In this document: positions 28,604-38,488 of the stretch, in pieces
Layout of the letters: every line of letters starts with the position of its first letter
How positions within the stretch are numbered: the first letter of the stretch is position 1
Assembly (NCBI GenBank): GCA_043809245.1
Contig: JAZDDZ010000049.1
Location: 13,864-77,863 of the forward strand
Source: Candidatus Iainarchaeum sp.
Lineage (GTDB): Archaea; Iainarchaeota; Iainarchaeia; Iainarchaeales; JAZDDZ01
Direction of reading: 5' to 3'
DNA: 64,000 nt
Position numbers and translations under genes: made by a program
The notes under the pieces: generated by a model
Told to the model about the DNA's origin: nothing
The model's database searches: none
Seen by the model: the letters and a program-made list of their open reading frames with translations, nothing else

Positions 28604-28801
28604 ATGATGGACTGCCGCAAGGAAGCAAACTTAAAGAACTGCAATTGCACTTACTCCAATTGTTCAAGGAAAGGAATCTGCTGCGAGTGCATCGCCTTCC
28701 ACAGGAAAAGCGGCGAGCTTCCCGCGTGCTTTTTTGACGCGAAAACGGAAAGAAGCTACGACAGAAGTGTTGAGAAGTTCATTGAAATGAAGTCAGGTTA
28801 A
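28604..28801 (+). CDS. Small Cys-rich protein (CNCTYSNCSRKGICCECIAFH...LPACFF family)
   Basis: Eight Cys in 40 aa in a pattern recurring in a conserved bacterial/archaeal small-protein family. Confidence 0.45.
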   Translation: MMDCRKEANLKNCNCTYSNCSRKGICCECIAFHRKSGELPACFFDAKTERSYDRSVEKFIEMKSG

Positions 28802-29020
28802 GTGCTTCAAATAATCCTTTGAATTGTCTTCCGATTGAAGCGCATTCAACGAAGATTCTTTCAACTGCTTTTCAAGGCGAGCGGATTTTTCCCCAACGAA
28901 ATGCTCTTTTCCAAAATGCGTTATCGCCAGGCGAATGGCTTCGGACAGGGAATTAGCATAGCCTGCCTCAATCATCAATTCAAGGGTTTCCTTGGATTTG
29001 CCGCGCAAAATCACATTCAA
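28793..29020 (-). CDS. Ribbon-helix-helix-like small protein
   Basis: ETLELMIEAGYANSLSEAIRLAI is RHH/CopG-like. Confidence 0.35.
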   Translation of the reverse strand: MNVILRGKSKETLELMIEAGYANSLSEAIRLAITHFGKEHFVGEKSARLEKQLKESSLNALQSEDNSKDYLKHLT

Positions 29021-29126
29021 TTAAATCAACTCCTGAAAAACTGCACAAATAAAGGCATTAAGTGATTAATATATGTATCTATTAGGGTTATCTAATGATT
29101 CAAATTGAAGCAAAAAAAGAGCAGGT

Positions 29127-29657
29127 TCAGCGGCGCAATAGCCCTGATTCAAAGTTAAGGATATTTGGGTAGATTTTTCTCACGGCAATTTTGTGAATCT
29201 CTTCAATAAGCAAATTGTGTGCACTTTCAGTCAGTTGCTTTGGATCCGCGGAGAATTCAGGCTCGTTTCCGCTGTGAAGACCAAGATCATAATCACAAAC
29301 CCTAACACCCATTATTTTGAAATTTTCCTTTTTCTCATGCGGCCCAGTTAGAGTGAAAGTGATATACAAATCGTACGCCTTGTTACCTTCTTTTCCGGTT
29401 ACATGTGTAATCAGCGTGCCTTTTTCCCCAGGCATTATCAGAGTCCAAGGGCATTTCATTTTATGCTCAACTAGCAACTCACCACACCATTTATTCCCAG
29501 CTGCAACCTCTTTCTCTTGAGCTGAAAATCTGGAAACAACTCTGGCTCGTTTGAGTTTTTCTATTGTTTCAATTGGCAGGGAGCCACCAATTGTGAAGCT
29601 ACAAGGCTGTTTTATTCTTCCGCTAAATCTTCCCCTTCGCTTATTTGGCCGGACCAT
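29127..29657 (-). CDS. Hypothetical protein
   Basis: ORF only. Confidence 0.35.
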   Translation of the reverse strand: MVRPNKRRGRFSGRIKQPCSFTIGGSLPIETIEKLKRARVVSRFSAQEKEVAAGNKWCGELLVEHKMKCPWTLIMPGEKGTLITHVTGKEGNKAYDLYITFTLTGPHEKKENFKIMGVRVCDYDLGLHSGNEPEFSADPKQLTESAHNLLIEEIHKIAVRKIYPNILNFESGLLRR

Positions 29658-29700
29658 GATAGAAATTACTTCAATACTTTTTTATTGATTCCCATCAACT

Positions 29701-30351
29701 TCATCGGTTCTTTTTCACGAATTCGCCCGGAAGCACGCAGGAATTGTTTGAAAGAATTACGCCGCAGTTAATGGATGCGTTTATTCCGATTTTCACGCTG
29801 TTCCCAATGCATGCCCCTAATTTTCGCCTGCCTGAACTGGTTTTGACTCCGCGCAATTCAACTTTCACGCTTGAATTGTCGTGGCGAAGGTTAGCGATTT
29901 TTGTTCCAGCACCAAGGTTAACGTTTTCCCCGAGGATTGAGTCTCCGACGTAAGAAAAATGCGGCACATTTGAGTCACTGAGAATAATTGAATTCTTTAC
30001 CTCGGAGTTCGCAATATGGGAACCGCAGGCAACAAGCGTTGTGCCTCTCAGGTAAGCATTCGGGCCAATTGTGCAGTCCGCGCCGATGTAATTGTTTCCC
30101 TCCAAGTAAGAGCCTGATTTGATTACAGAGTTTTTGCCGAGGAAAAGCTTTCCCTTGATTACAACATTTTTTTCAATTAAGCCAAAGCGCGCGTCAGGAA
30201 TCTTTTTTCCCAAAGCATCAAGGCGGTTAATGAAATACCAGAACCTGAAGCGTTTTCCAGAGGCAAGCATTTCCTTTAATTCGCAAAAAAAATCAATGAA
30301 AGGCTGGATCTGCTTTCTCGCCTTTTCCTTCCTCGCCTTTAATGAAGCCAT
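29701..30351 (-). CDS. Left-handed beta-helix (hexapeptide-repeat) acyltransferase, GlmU C-terminal-domain-like
   Basis: Repeated [LIV]G.... hexapeptides: IGADCTIGPNAYLRG, LGENVNLGAGTKI, IGNSVKIGINASI. Confidence 0.6.
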   Translation of the reverse strand: MASLKARKEKARKQIQPFIDFFCELKEMLASGKRFRFWYFINRLDALGKKIPDARFGLIEKNVVIKGKLFLGKNSVIKSGSYLEGNNYIGADCTIGPNAYLRGTTLVACGSHIANSEVKNSIILSDSNVPHFSYVGDSILGENVNLGAGTKIANLRHDNSSVKVELRGVKTSSGRRKLGACIGNSVKIGINASINCGVILSNNSCVLPGEFVKKNR

Positions 30352-30359
30352 GAAAACAC

Positions 30360-31712
30360 CTAAGCGCCAATCTCCTTTTTTATTTCATTTAATATATCGT
30401 GCATTAAGGCATTAATTTGCTTTTTATTTTTGCCTTCAACCATCACGCGGGCAAGGTTTTCCGTGCCAGAATACCGCACAAGAAGCCTGCCTTTTCCCTT
30501 AAGTTTTTTCTCTGCTTTGGATATTTTTGCCTTAACCGAATGCATTTTTTCGAAAGGAATCTTTTCGCGTACCTTGACATTGCCCAATAGCTGAGGCACT
30601 GGAGAAAAAACATTGCTTAAATCGCTTAATTTTTTACCGCTTTTCTTGAGTATCCGCAAAAGCTGCAAAGCGGAAATAATGCCATCGCCTGCTGTTGAAA
30701 ACTCGGAAAAAATAATGTGGCCTGACTGCTCTCCGCCCAAAACCGCGCCGGATTTCCTCATCTCCTGAATCACTGGAATATCGCCGACAGCGGTGCGTAG
30801 AAGCCTGATTCCTTTTTTCTTTAACGCCAATTCAAAGCCGTAATTGCTCATGACTGTTGCGACAACCTTTTTTCCCTTCAGCTTTCCCTTTGAAAGCAAA
30901 TCAAAGGCGAATAATGCCATTAGCCTGTCGCCGTCCAAAACATTTCCTTTCTCATCGCAGACAATTAAGCGGTCTGCGTCGCCGTCCAGGGCAATCCCGG
31001 CATCAGCGTGAAATTTTTTCACCGCGGCGCTTATGACCTCTGGGTGAAGCGCGCCGGAATTTTTGTTGATGTTCAGCCCATCAGGGGAAAGGTTCAATGC
31101 AATTACTTCCGCGCCGAGTTCCTTGAAAACCCATTTCGCTATATCATAGGCGGCTCCGTTTGCGCAGTCAACAACAAGCTTTAATCCCTCAAGGCCCTGG
31201 TTTTCAATGCTTGATTTCACGAATTCAATGTACCTTCCTTTTGCATCGTCAATGCGGAAAGCCTTGCCTATCTGCGCTCCGTTTGCGGGAATTGCATCAG
31301 ACTCAAGGAGCGCCTCAATTTCCCTCTCAGTCCTGTCATCCAGCTTGAAGCCATCAGAATCAAAAATTTTTATGCCGTTATCCTCCGCAGGATTATGCGA
31401 GGCGCTGATTACAATGCCAGCGCATGCGTCAAAGGAACGCGTCAAGTGAGCGATTGCGGGAGTGGGCATTGGCCCCAAAAGCAATACATCGGCGCCAATT
31501 GAAACAAGGCCAGAGGTCAGGGCGGTTTCAAACATGTAGCCGCTCAATCGCGTGTCCTTTCCGATAACGATTTTCGCGTTCTTTTTTTTCTCGCGCTTCA
31601 AAACAATTGCAATGGCTTTGCCGAGCTTCAATGCAACCTCAGGAGTCATAGGGTAAACGTTCGCCCTGCCGCGAATTCCGTCGGTTCCGAAAAATTTTTT
31701 CATAAAAATCAT
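30360..31712 (-). CDS. glmM: Phosphoglucosamine mutase / phosphohexomutase
   Basis: FGTDGIRG N-terminus and the active-site loop SASHNPAEDNG. Confidence 0.8.
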   Translation of the reverse strand: MIFMKKFFGTDGIRGRANVYPMTPEVALKLGKAIAIVLKREKKKNAKIVIGKDTRLSGYMFETALTSGLVSIGADVLLLGPMPTPAIAHLTRSFDACAGIVISASHNPAEDNGIKIFDSDGFKLDDRTEREIEALLESDAIPANGAQIGKAFRIDDAKGRYIEFVKSSIENQGLEGLKLVVDCANGAAYDIAKWVFKELGAEVIALNLSPDGLNINKNSGALHPEVISAAVKKFHADAGIALDGDADRLIVCDEKGNVLDGDRLMALFAFDLLSKGKLKGKKVVATVMSNYGFELALKKKGIRLLRTAVGDIPVIQEMRKSGAVLGGEQSGHIIFSEFSTAGDGIISALQLLRILKKSGKKLSDLSNVFSPVPQLLGNVKVREKIPFEKMHSVKAKISKAEKKLKGKGRLLVRYSGTENLARVMVEGKNKKQINALMHDILNEIKKEIGA

Positions 31713-32455
31713 ATTTTCTGTAAAATCATTATACCATCATAAAGTATATGTTTTGTTTTAAGTATAGTTTTTGGAACCAAAATCCTGAAACCCGCTTTTC
31801 TCAGCATAGCCTCATCAAAGTTTAGGTGCGCAGTACTTGATGAAAGAACCAAAAAACCCCCCTTGTTTAGTTTACCATGAAGTGTTTTAGCCGTGAAAAG
31901 ATTAAGATCAGGATAGCCCCTTGCAGAGGTAATGCAGTCTTTAGAATAAATAACATCAAAGCGGCCTTTAAAACTTTTGTTTAATCCATCTGCATAACCC
32001 CACTCAGCCCTTAATCCTTTAACTTGTTTTTGCTGACTTGGGCTCTCGTCAATGCCAAACATTTTTGCCCCCTGCTCTTTTAATAGTTCCATGAATTCAG
32101 TTGAACCAAAACCAATCTCACAGATTTTTTTACCTTTTAGATTGCCTTTGTAAATGCTTCTAATAAAAGCCATTATAGGGCCATAACCGCGGAGGCTATA
32201 CGGCTCTCCAGAGTTCAGGGTTTTTGATTCCGGCATCATCTCGTAGAATTTTTTCGCCCAATAATCAATTTTTTCTCGGGCCAGTCCCAAACGGTTCATC
32301 TCCCGCTCATATCTGACAACCTGCTTATCAGTTAAAACAAGTTGTCCATTTCTGGCTTTTGCGCCTCCACGCATTAAAGCCCGCGTTGAAAGTTTTGCTT
32401 CTTTCGGCACTGAAAAATGAAATGCTTTTTTCTCAAAACTGGTCCTGGCAGGCAT
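31709..32455 (-). CDS. Class I SAM-dependent methyltransferase
   Basis: Motif I ICEIGFGS. Motif post-I FGIDES. Confidence 0.5.
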   Translation of the reverse strand: MPARTSFEKKAFHFSVPKEAKLSTRALMRGGAKARNGQLVLTDKQVVRYEREMNRLGLAREKIDYWAKKFYEMMPESKTLNSGEPYSLRGYGPIMAFIRSIYKGNLKGKKICEIGFGSTEFMELLKEQGAKMFGIDESPSQQKQVKGLRAEWGYADGLNKSFKGRFDVIYSKDCITSARGYPDLNLFTAKTLHGKLNKGGFLVLSSSTAHLNFDEAMLRKAGFRILVPKTILKTKHILYDGIMILQKI

Positions 32456-32462
32456 TAAAAAA

Positions 32463-34229
32463 TCACTTCACCGTAACGCTTTTAGCGAGATTGCGCGGCT
32501 TGTCTGGATTGCATTTGCGTTCAACCGCAAGGTAATAGGATAGGAGCTGTATGGGAATGATGTCAACAATCGGGCTGGCGTCAAGAAATTCCTTTACCTT
32601 GATGAATTCGTGGAAAACCTCGTTTGGCTTGGAGTCAATTCCGATGATGAATGCGCCGCGGCTTTTGAGTTCGGTTGCGTTGCTTAGAATGAGTTCGCGA
32701 GTCCTGTCAGTTGAGATAACAATGCACGGCGTTCCCTTTTCAATTAAAGCGATTGTGCCGTGCTTTAATTCCGCGCCCGCAAAGCCTTCGGCGTGAATGT
32801 AGCAGATTTCCTTGACCTTCAATGCCCCTTCAAGCGCTGTGGGAAAAGCGAGGTCTCGGCCGATCAAAAACATGTGACCCGCGCGCTTTATTTTTTTCGC
32901 AAGTCGCCTGATGCCAGGCTCGGTTGACCTGATAATCGATGGAACTGCAGCCGATGCAGATGAAACCAGTTTTTTTCCCTGCTGTTTTTTTCCGGCAACA
33001 GCGTAAGCCAAAAGCAAAAGAATTGCAAGCTGTGCGGTGTAGCTTTTCGTTGAGACAACCCCTATTTCAGGCCCTGAGTTCATCAAAAGTGTTTTTTCGC
33101 TTAAGCGCATCAGGCTGGAGCCCATCACGTTTACAATGGAAATCACTTTGCAGCGCTTTTTTTTCGCGAACTTGACAGCGTCAAGCAAGTCAGCGGTTTC
33201 ACCGCTCTGCGAAACCGCTACAACAAGTGTTTTTGGCGTCAAAAAATGCTCGTAGTTGCGGAATTCCGAGGCAATTACAACATTAACGTGTTTTTTCGCA
33301 ACCTTGGAGAAAACATATGAAGCGGAAACACAGGAATGATAGCTTGTTCCGCAGCCCACAAAGAAAACGCCGAAAGCCGAGCGGATGCTTTTTGCTACAT
33401 CGTCAACCAAGCCAGTGGGCTGCTCCAATGCCTCTTTTATGGTGAAAGCCTGCTCGTTGATTTCCTTAAGCGTGAAATGCTTGTATTTTCCCTTTTTTGC
33501 CTGCTCAACAGACCACTTGATGCTTTGGATTTTTTTGCTTACTTTTTTGTTTTTTTTGAGGCCAATAATCTTTGTTCCTTCCGCTCCAACGATTGCCATT
33601 TCATTGTCATCCAAAAAAATTGTTTTATGGGTGAATTCAAGGAATGCAGTGACGTCGGATGCGAGGAAAAATTCGCTGTTTCCGATGCCTAAAACAAGCG
33701 GGCTGCCGTTCCTGGCACCAATTAAGCCGGAAAAGTTTTTTTGCATTGCGACAACCGCGTAATAGCCCTTCATTTTTTTCAGGGAAAGCTTTACTGCTTC
33801 GGGAAAATTTTTTCCGCGCGATTTCATGAAGAACTGAATCATGTTTGGAATGACTTCAGTATCTGTTTCGCTGCGGAATCGGTAGCCTTTTTTCTTCAGG
33901 AATTTTTTGAGTTCCAAATAATTTTCAACTATCCCGTTGTGGACAACTGCAATGCTTTTGTCGTTTGAGAGGTGGGGATGTGCGTTTTTTTCCGAGACCC
34001 CGCCGTGCGTGGCCCAGCGCGTGTGAGCCAAGGCAAGCGAGGAAGGGGAAAGCCTTCCCTTAAAGTTTTCAATTGCACCCACTTTTTTTAAAACCGTGAA
34101 CTGAGCACCGGTTTTTTTTTGGAGGGCAAAGCCAAAGGAGTCATAACCCCTGTATTCAAGGCGCCTTAATCCTTTCAATGCGATTTCCGAGGCGTTTTTT
34201 CCGCCGAAATAGCCGATTATTCCGCACAT
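32463..34229 (-). CDS. glmS: Glutamine--fructose-6-phosphate aminotransferase (isomerizing)
   Basis: MCGIIGY N-terminal nucleophile (class II GATase). Two SIS domains. The C-terminus ends in KSVTV. Confidence 0.9.
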   Translation of the reverse strand: MCGIIGYFGGKNASEIALKGLRRLEYRGYDSFGFALQKKTGAQFTVLKKVGAIENFKGRLSPSSLALAHTRWATHGGVSEKNAHPHLSNDKSIAVVHNGIVENYLELKKFLKKKGYRFRSETDTEVIPNMIQFFMKSRGKNFPEAVKLSLKKMKGYYAVVAMQKNFSGLIGARNGSPLVLGIGNSEFFLASDVTAFLEFTHKTIFLDDNEMAIVGAEGTKIIGLKKNKKVSKKIQSIKWSVEQAKKGKYKHFTLKEINEQAFTIKEALEQPTGLVDDVAKSIRSAFGVFFVGCGTSYHSCVSASYVFSKVAKKHVNVVIASEFRNYEHFLTPKTLVVAVSQSGETADLLDAVKFAKKKRCKVISIVNVMGSSLMRLSEKTLLMNSGPEIGVVSTKSYTAQLAILLLLAYAVAGKKQQGKKLVSSASAAVPSIIRSTEPGIRRLAKKIKRAGHMFLIGRDLAFPTALEGALKVKEICYIHAEGFAGAELKHGTIALIEKGTPCIVISTDRTRELILSNATELKSRGAFIIGIDSKPNEVFHEFIKVKEFLDASPIVDIIPIQLLSYYLAVERKCNPDKPRNLAKSVTVK

Positions 34230-34344
34230 GGATTACTATTTTCTGGAGTTAAGGCTATTTAACTTTTACCTTGTATTCGGATAATGCACCAGAAAAAAAG
34301 CGCGAAAACAAGGTTTAATATTGTTCACTGCGGAAATTAGTTTT

Positions 34345-34986
34345 ATGGCGCAAAAAATTCTCTCACTCATCTCAGGAGGCATTGACAGCCCTGCGGCAAC
34401 CGCGCTTGCGTTGGATGCAGGCGCGGAGGTTGTGTGCCTGCATTTTGACAACAGGCCTTTCAGCGATGAAAAAAGCCTTGAAAAGGTGAAAAAAATTGTG
34501 AGGCATTTAAGCGAAAGCTTCGGGAAAAAAATCAGGCTCATTGTGGCGGAGCACGGGGAAGCACAGAAGCATATAGCGCAAAAAGTGGAGAGAAAGTTTC
34601 AATGCGTTTTGTGCAGGAGATTCATGCTGCGCGTTGCCTCGAAAGTTGCGGAAAAAGAAAAAGCCGCTGCACTGCTTACAGGCGAGAGTTTAGGGCAGGT
34701 TGCATCGCAGACATTAAGCAACATTGCCGCGGAATACGATGCGGCCTCAGTGCCGATTGCAAGGCCCTTGCTTGGAATGGACAAGCTTGAAATAGAGGCG
34801 CTTGCGAAAAAATTCGGAACCTATGCAACCTCAATAGAGCCTGGAATGTGCTGCGGTTTGGCGCCTGAAAGGCCAGCGACAAAGGCAACGAAAGAAAAAT
34901 TATTGGAAGAGGAGAAAAGGCTTGAAGTGGAAAAATTGGTTGAACGGGAAATTGATAGCGTGAAGGTGTTTGAGTTTGGAGCTTAG
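34345..34986 (+). CDS. PP-loop ATP pyrophosphatase, ThiI-like (tRNA s4U/thiamine sulfur-transfer family), lacking the THUMP domain
   Basis: SGGIDSP PP-loop and the CxxC...C motif (CVLCRR). Confidence 0.6.
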   Translation: MAQKILSLISGGIDSPAATALALDAGAEVVCLHFDNRPFSDEKSLEKVKKIVRHLSESFGKKIRLIVAEHGEAQKHIAQKVERKFQCVLCRRFMLRVASKVAEKEKAAALLTGESLGQVASQTLSNIAAEYDAASVPIARPLLGMDKLEIEALAKKFGTYATSIEPGMCCGLAPERPATKATKEKLLEEEKRLEVEKLVEREIDSVKVFEFGA

Positions 34987-35251
34987 CGATTTTGTCGGAA
35001 AGCCGTGCAAAAGCAGAACGGCATTTGAATTTATTCCGAAAAAAAAGCAGTCACTTGACCTGCAGGCAGTTGCAAAAAAAATGCACGCAAACGGCGTGTA
35101 CTTAGAGCTTGATTCCCCTTACCTTGTGATGGCGAAAATTGACGGAGCAAATGTCTCGCTTTTCAAGAGCGGGAAAATTGTCGTAAAAGAAATCCGCGAG
35201 GAAAAAAAAGCAAGGGAAACCGCGGAAAAACTGATTGGGAAAATGAAGTGA
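34970..35251 (+). CDS. Small hypothetical protein, co-oriented with the ThiI-like gene
   Basis: ORF overlapping the upstream stop by 17 nt. Confidence 0.3.
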   Translation: MSLELSDFVGKPCKSRTAFEFIPKKKQSLDLQAVAKKMHANGVYLELDSPYLVMAKIDGANVSLFKSGKIVVKEIREEKKARETAEKLIGKMK

Positions 35252-35577
35252 AGCGCAATTCAGTAAACGTATTTGATTCTGTATTTTTGCAGTATTGCGC
35301 GAATGCGCGCCTCTGCGCCGATTCCGTCTGTTGCCCCCATTGTGCGGTCCAGTTTTTTGCGGCGGCTTATTATCGCGCTTATTTCTGCCCTGTCATTTTT
35401 AGCAACGCCCCCTTGACCTTAAAACATTGGTAAAACTGCCTGTGTTTTTATAGGCGAGAATAGCCAAGGGAAGCCTTTTCATTGCGGGAGGCATAAGCGT
35501 CAAATAACAATGAAAAGAATGGTTTAAATTGCATTTCGTAGAGGAAATGCAGGCGTTGCGGGCAATAACTATTAAAA

Positions 35578-36171
35578 TTGATTTTTGCTAATATTTTCCT
35601 TATGCCTTACCATCATTTCAAGGGCCGGGATTTAAACAGGAGCGATAAAATTCAGGTTCTGGTTTTAAGGGAACTCATTGATTCAAGGATTCCGAACTCA
35701 AAAAGGGAAAGCTCCGTTGAATGGGAGATAAAGCACAGCAGCAGCTGCATTCAGATTGCAAGGATTCTGGCTGAAAAAAGGGGGCTGGATGTGGAGTTGG
35801 CGGAAATAATCGCGGCACTGCACGATATCTCAGTCATTGAAACAGGCAGTTATTCGAACCACGCGAAAGAAAGCTCAAAAATCGCGAAAAAAATTCTGGA
35901 AAAATCGCATGATTTCTCCGGCAAAGAAATAGAATTGGTTGCGGCAGCAATCGCGGAGCACAGCAGCAAGCAGGATTATTCGAAGAATGCTTACGCGGAG
36001 CTGATTAAAGACGCGGACACTCTGGATTGCTTTTTGTACGACAAGAGCAGGAACATTTACGATGAAAAGCCGCCGAAAATAAGGAAAGAGTATTTCAAAA
36101 GGGTTGTGAAAGTCAGGAAAGAGCTTGGTTTGCCTGTAAACAAATATTTTTTGGAGCAAGCGGGCGAATGA
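35578..36171 (+). CDS. HD-domain phosphohydrolase
   Basis: H...HD motif: IKHSSSCIQIA ... AALHDIS. A conserved downstream D is present. Confidence 0.6.
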   Translation: MIFANIFLMPYHHFKGRDLNRSDKIQVLVLRELIDSRIPNSKRESSVEWEIKHSSSCIQIARILAEKRGLDVELAEIIAALHDISVIETGSYSNHAKESSKIAKKILEKSHDFSGKEIELVAAAIAEHSSKQDYSKNAYAELIKDADTLDCFLYDKSRNIYDEKPPKIRKEYFKRVVKVRKELGLPVNKYFLEQAGE

Positions 36172-36172
36172 A

Positions 36173-37606
36173 ATGAAAGGCGAATGGTTTGAGTGGGAAA
36201 GGGAAAGCACTATCCACCCCCTGTTTATTCCCTTGGAAGCTGCAATGAAGCCCTTGCGCGACTATTTCGGCACAAGCTGGCCTGACTCCATCCTGGTTTA
36301 CAGGGGAAACATCGTTTTATGGTGCGGCAAAAATGAGAGCCTGCAAAGCCTCGGAAAAAAAATGCTGGAATTTTACCTTGTGGAAAAAAACAAGAACCAG
36401 TTATTGAAAGACATTGAAAATGCGACGCAAAAACTGAAGCTGGTTTCAGGGAAAATTGAGGCAACAAATTTGAATGCATTGGGCAATAACGAATTGCTGC
36501 CGCTCTACAGCGAATTAAGGCTGGATTACATTGACTGGTACAAGCTTGGCTGGACCACTGAGCCGATCGGCCTGCATGGCGAGCAATTAATCAAAAAAAT
36601 TGTGGAAGGTCAAAAGCAAAAGGTTTTTTCCATTCTCACTTCAACCACGAGAAAAAGTTTCAGTAGGAGAGCCGAAGAAGAATTGCTGGAAATTGCCGAA
36701 AATAAAAAATCCGGAGAAGACATTTCAAAAGGCATTGAAGAATATTCGGCAAACTATTACTGGCTGCATAACAGTTATTTCAAAACAGCGGTTTTAGGCA
36801 AAGCGTTTTTCGAAAAAGAGCTGGATTCAATGCTGAAAGAGCACCCAAATCCAAAGCAGTACCTGCAAGAATTGGCTGTTTTGTCGGAAAACCAGGCTAA
36901 AGAAAAACAGCGGACAATAAAAGAACTGGGATTAGAGGCGCACAGGAACCTCATTGAATTGCTTGACTTGTTTGCCTGGCTGCAGGACTTCAGAAAAGAA
37001 CACATAATGCGGACATGCCATTTCCTTGATTTGCTGCTTGGGGAAATCGGCAAAAGAGCGGGTTTTTCGTTATGGGAAATGAAATACACTTTGCCAAACG
37101 ATTTGCCTTTGGTGTTGGAGGGGCGCTTTGAAAAAAAAGAAATCGCCGCACGGCAAAAAAACTGCATCATCATATGGAAAGAATTCAGCGACAATTACGA
37201 ATTGTTCACAGGAGAAGAAGCAATAGCAAAGGAAAAAACAATTTTTGTAGAAAAAGAAAAAACAATTGAAATTGTGGAGATAGACGGAATGTCCGCTTCG
37301 CAGGGAAGGGTTAAAGGAGAAGCATTTGTTTCAATGAGCGCAGAGGAAGCGAAAGGCATGAAAGCAGGACAGATTCTTGTAACATCTATGACCTCTCCGG
37401 ACTTTGTCATTGCAATCAAAAAAGCCGCGGCAATCGTTACAAATGAGGGGGGCATAACAAGCCATGCCGCAATCATTGCAAGGGAATTCGGGGTACCGTG
37501 CGTTGTGGGCACCAAAATCGCGACAAAGGCCCTGAAAACAGGCGACTACATTGAAGTGGACGGAATACACGGAAAAGTAAGAAAACTAACCGCCCGTGCA
37601 GAATAA
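36173..37606 (+). CDS. PEP-utilizing-enzyme mobile (phosphohistidine) domain protein with an uncharacterized 330-aa N-terminal region
   Basis: C-terminus GGITSHAAIIAREFGVPCVVG is the swivelling His-domain signature of PEP synthase/PPDK. Confidence 0.6.
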   Translation: MKGEWFEWERESTIHPLFIPLEAAMKPLRDYFGTSWPDSILVYRGNIVLWCGKNESLQSLGKKMLEFYLVEKNKNQLLKDIENATQKLKLVSGKIEATNLNALGNNELLPLYSELRLDYIDWYKLGWTTEPIGLHGEQLIKKIVEGQKQKVFSILTSTTRKSFSRRAEEELLEIAENKKSGEDISKGIEEYSANYYWLHNSYFKTAVLGKAFFEKELDSMLKEHPNPKQYLQELAVLSENQAKEKQRTIKELGLEAHRNLIELLDLFAWLQDFRKEHIMRTCHFLDLLLGEIGKRAGFSLWEMKYTLPNDLPLVLEGRFEKKEIAARQKNCIIIWKEFSDNYELFTGEEAIAKEKTIFVEKEKTIEIVEIDGMSASQGRVKGEAFVSMSAEEAKGMKAGQILVTSMTSPDFVIAIKKAAAIVTNEGGITSHAAIIAREFGVPCVVGTKIATKALKTGDYIEVDGIHGKVRKLTARAE

Positions 37607-37687
37607 GCAGGGAATACTGCATCCACAAACTGCAAAAACACCAGTTTTTAAATGGTTTTTCATTCATTTATGTTATAAGGTGACTGA

Positions 37688-38470
37688 TTGGCGTTAAGGC
37701 GTAAAAAACCTGTGGGAAAGCCGAAAAAGAGGCCTGCAAAGCCCGTGGTAAAAAGAGCCAAAAAGGAAGTGAAAGCCAAAGAGATAATCATCAGAGCGCA
37801 GGACCTTTTTAAGATTTACCAAATGGGTGAAATGCAGTTAAATGCGTTGAATGGCGTTTCATTGGAGTTAGAGAAGGGCAGGTTTTATTCCATTATGGGG
37901 CCAAGCGGTTCGGGAAAAACAACGCTTCTGGATGTTTTAAGCGCAATGCAGAAGCCCACAAAAGGAGAGGTTTTCATCGGGGGAAAAGCGATAAGCAAAA
38001 TGAGCAACAACGAGCTTGCAAGGCTGAGGGGCAAAAAAATCGGCTTTGTATTCCAGACATTCAACCTCATACCGAAATTGTCTGCATTGGAGAACGTTAT
38101 GATGCCTTTATGGTTTAATGGTGTGCCGAAAAACAAGAGAGCTGAGATTGCAAAGGCACGCCTTGCGGAAATGGGTTTGGAGGGACGGGAGAACTCAAAG
38201 CCAGGGCAGCTTTCAGGAGGCCAAAGGCAAAGGGTTGCGATCGCAAGGGCATTGGCAGTTGACCCCGAAATAATTGTAGCGGATGAGCCAACGGGAAACC
38301 TTGACTCTGTTTCAGGTGAACAGGTGCTTAAAATAATCCGGGACCTTCACAGGGAAAAGGGAAAAACAATCATTATGGTCACGCATGAAAAATTCGTAGC
38401 GGAAATGGCTCAGGAAATAATTTGCATTAAGGATGGAAAAATTTCAAGCAATGAAAAAATTTGCATTTAA
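37688..38470 (+). CDS. ABC transporter ATP-binding protein (MacB/LolD/FtsE-like)
   Basis: Walker A GPSGSGKTT. Signature LSGGQRQRVAIARAL. Walker B IIVADEPTGNLD. Confidence 0.85.
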   Translation: MALRRKKPVGKPKKRPAKPVVKRAKKEVKAKEIIIRAQDLFKIYQMGEMQLNALNGVSLELEKGRFYSIMGPSGSGKTTLLDVLSAMQKPTKGEVFIGGKAISKMSNNELARLRGKKIGFVFQTFNLIPKLSALENVMMPLWFNGVPKNKRAEIAKARLAEMGLEGRENSKPGQLSGGQRQRVAIARALAVDPEIIVADEPTGNLDSVSGEQVLKIIRDLHREKGKTIIMVTHEKFVAEMAQEIICIKDGKISSNEKICI

Positions 38471-38488
38471 TGGAGGAGGTATCAAACA

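Noticed and set aside
36775-37515. Two minus-strand ORFs (139 and 106 aa) inside the PEP-utilizing gene
   Set aside because: Antisense shadow ORFs with no motifs.
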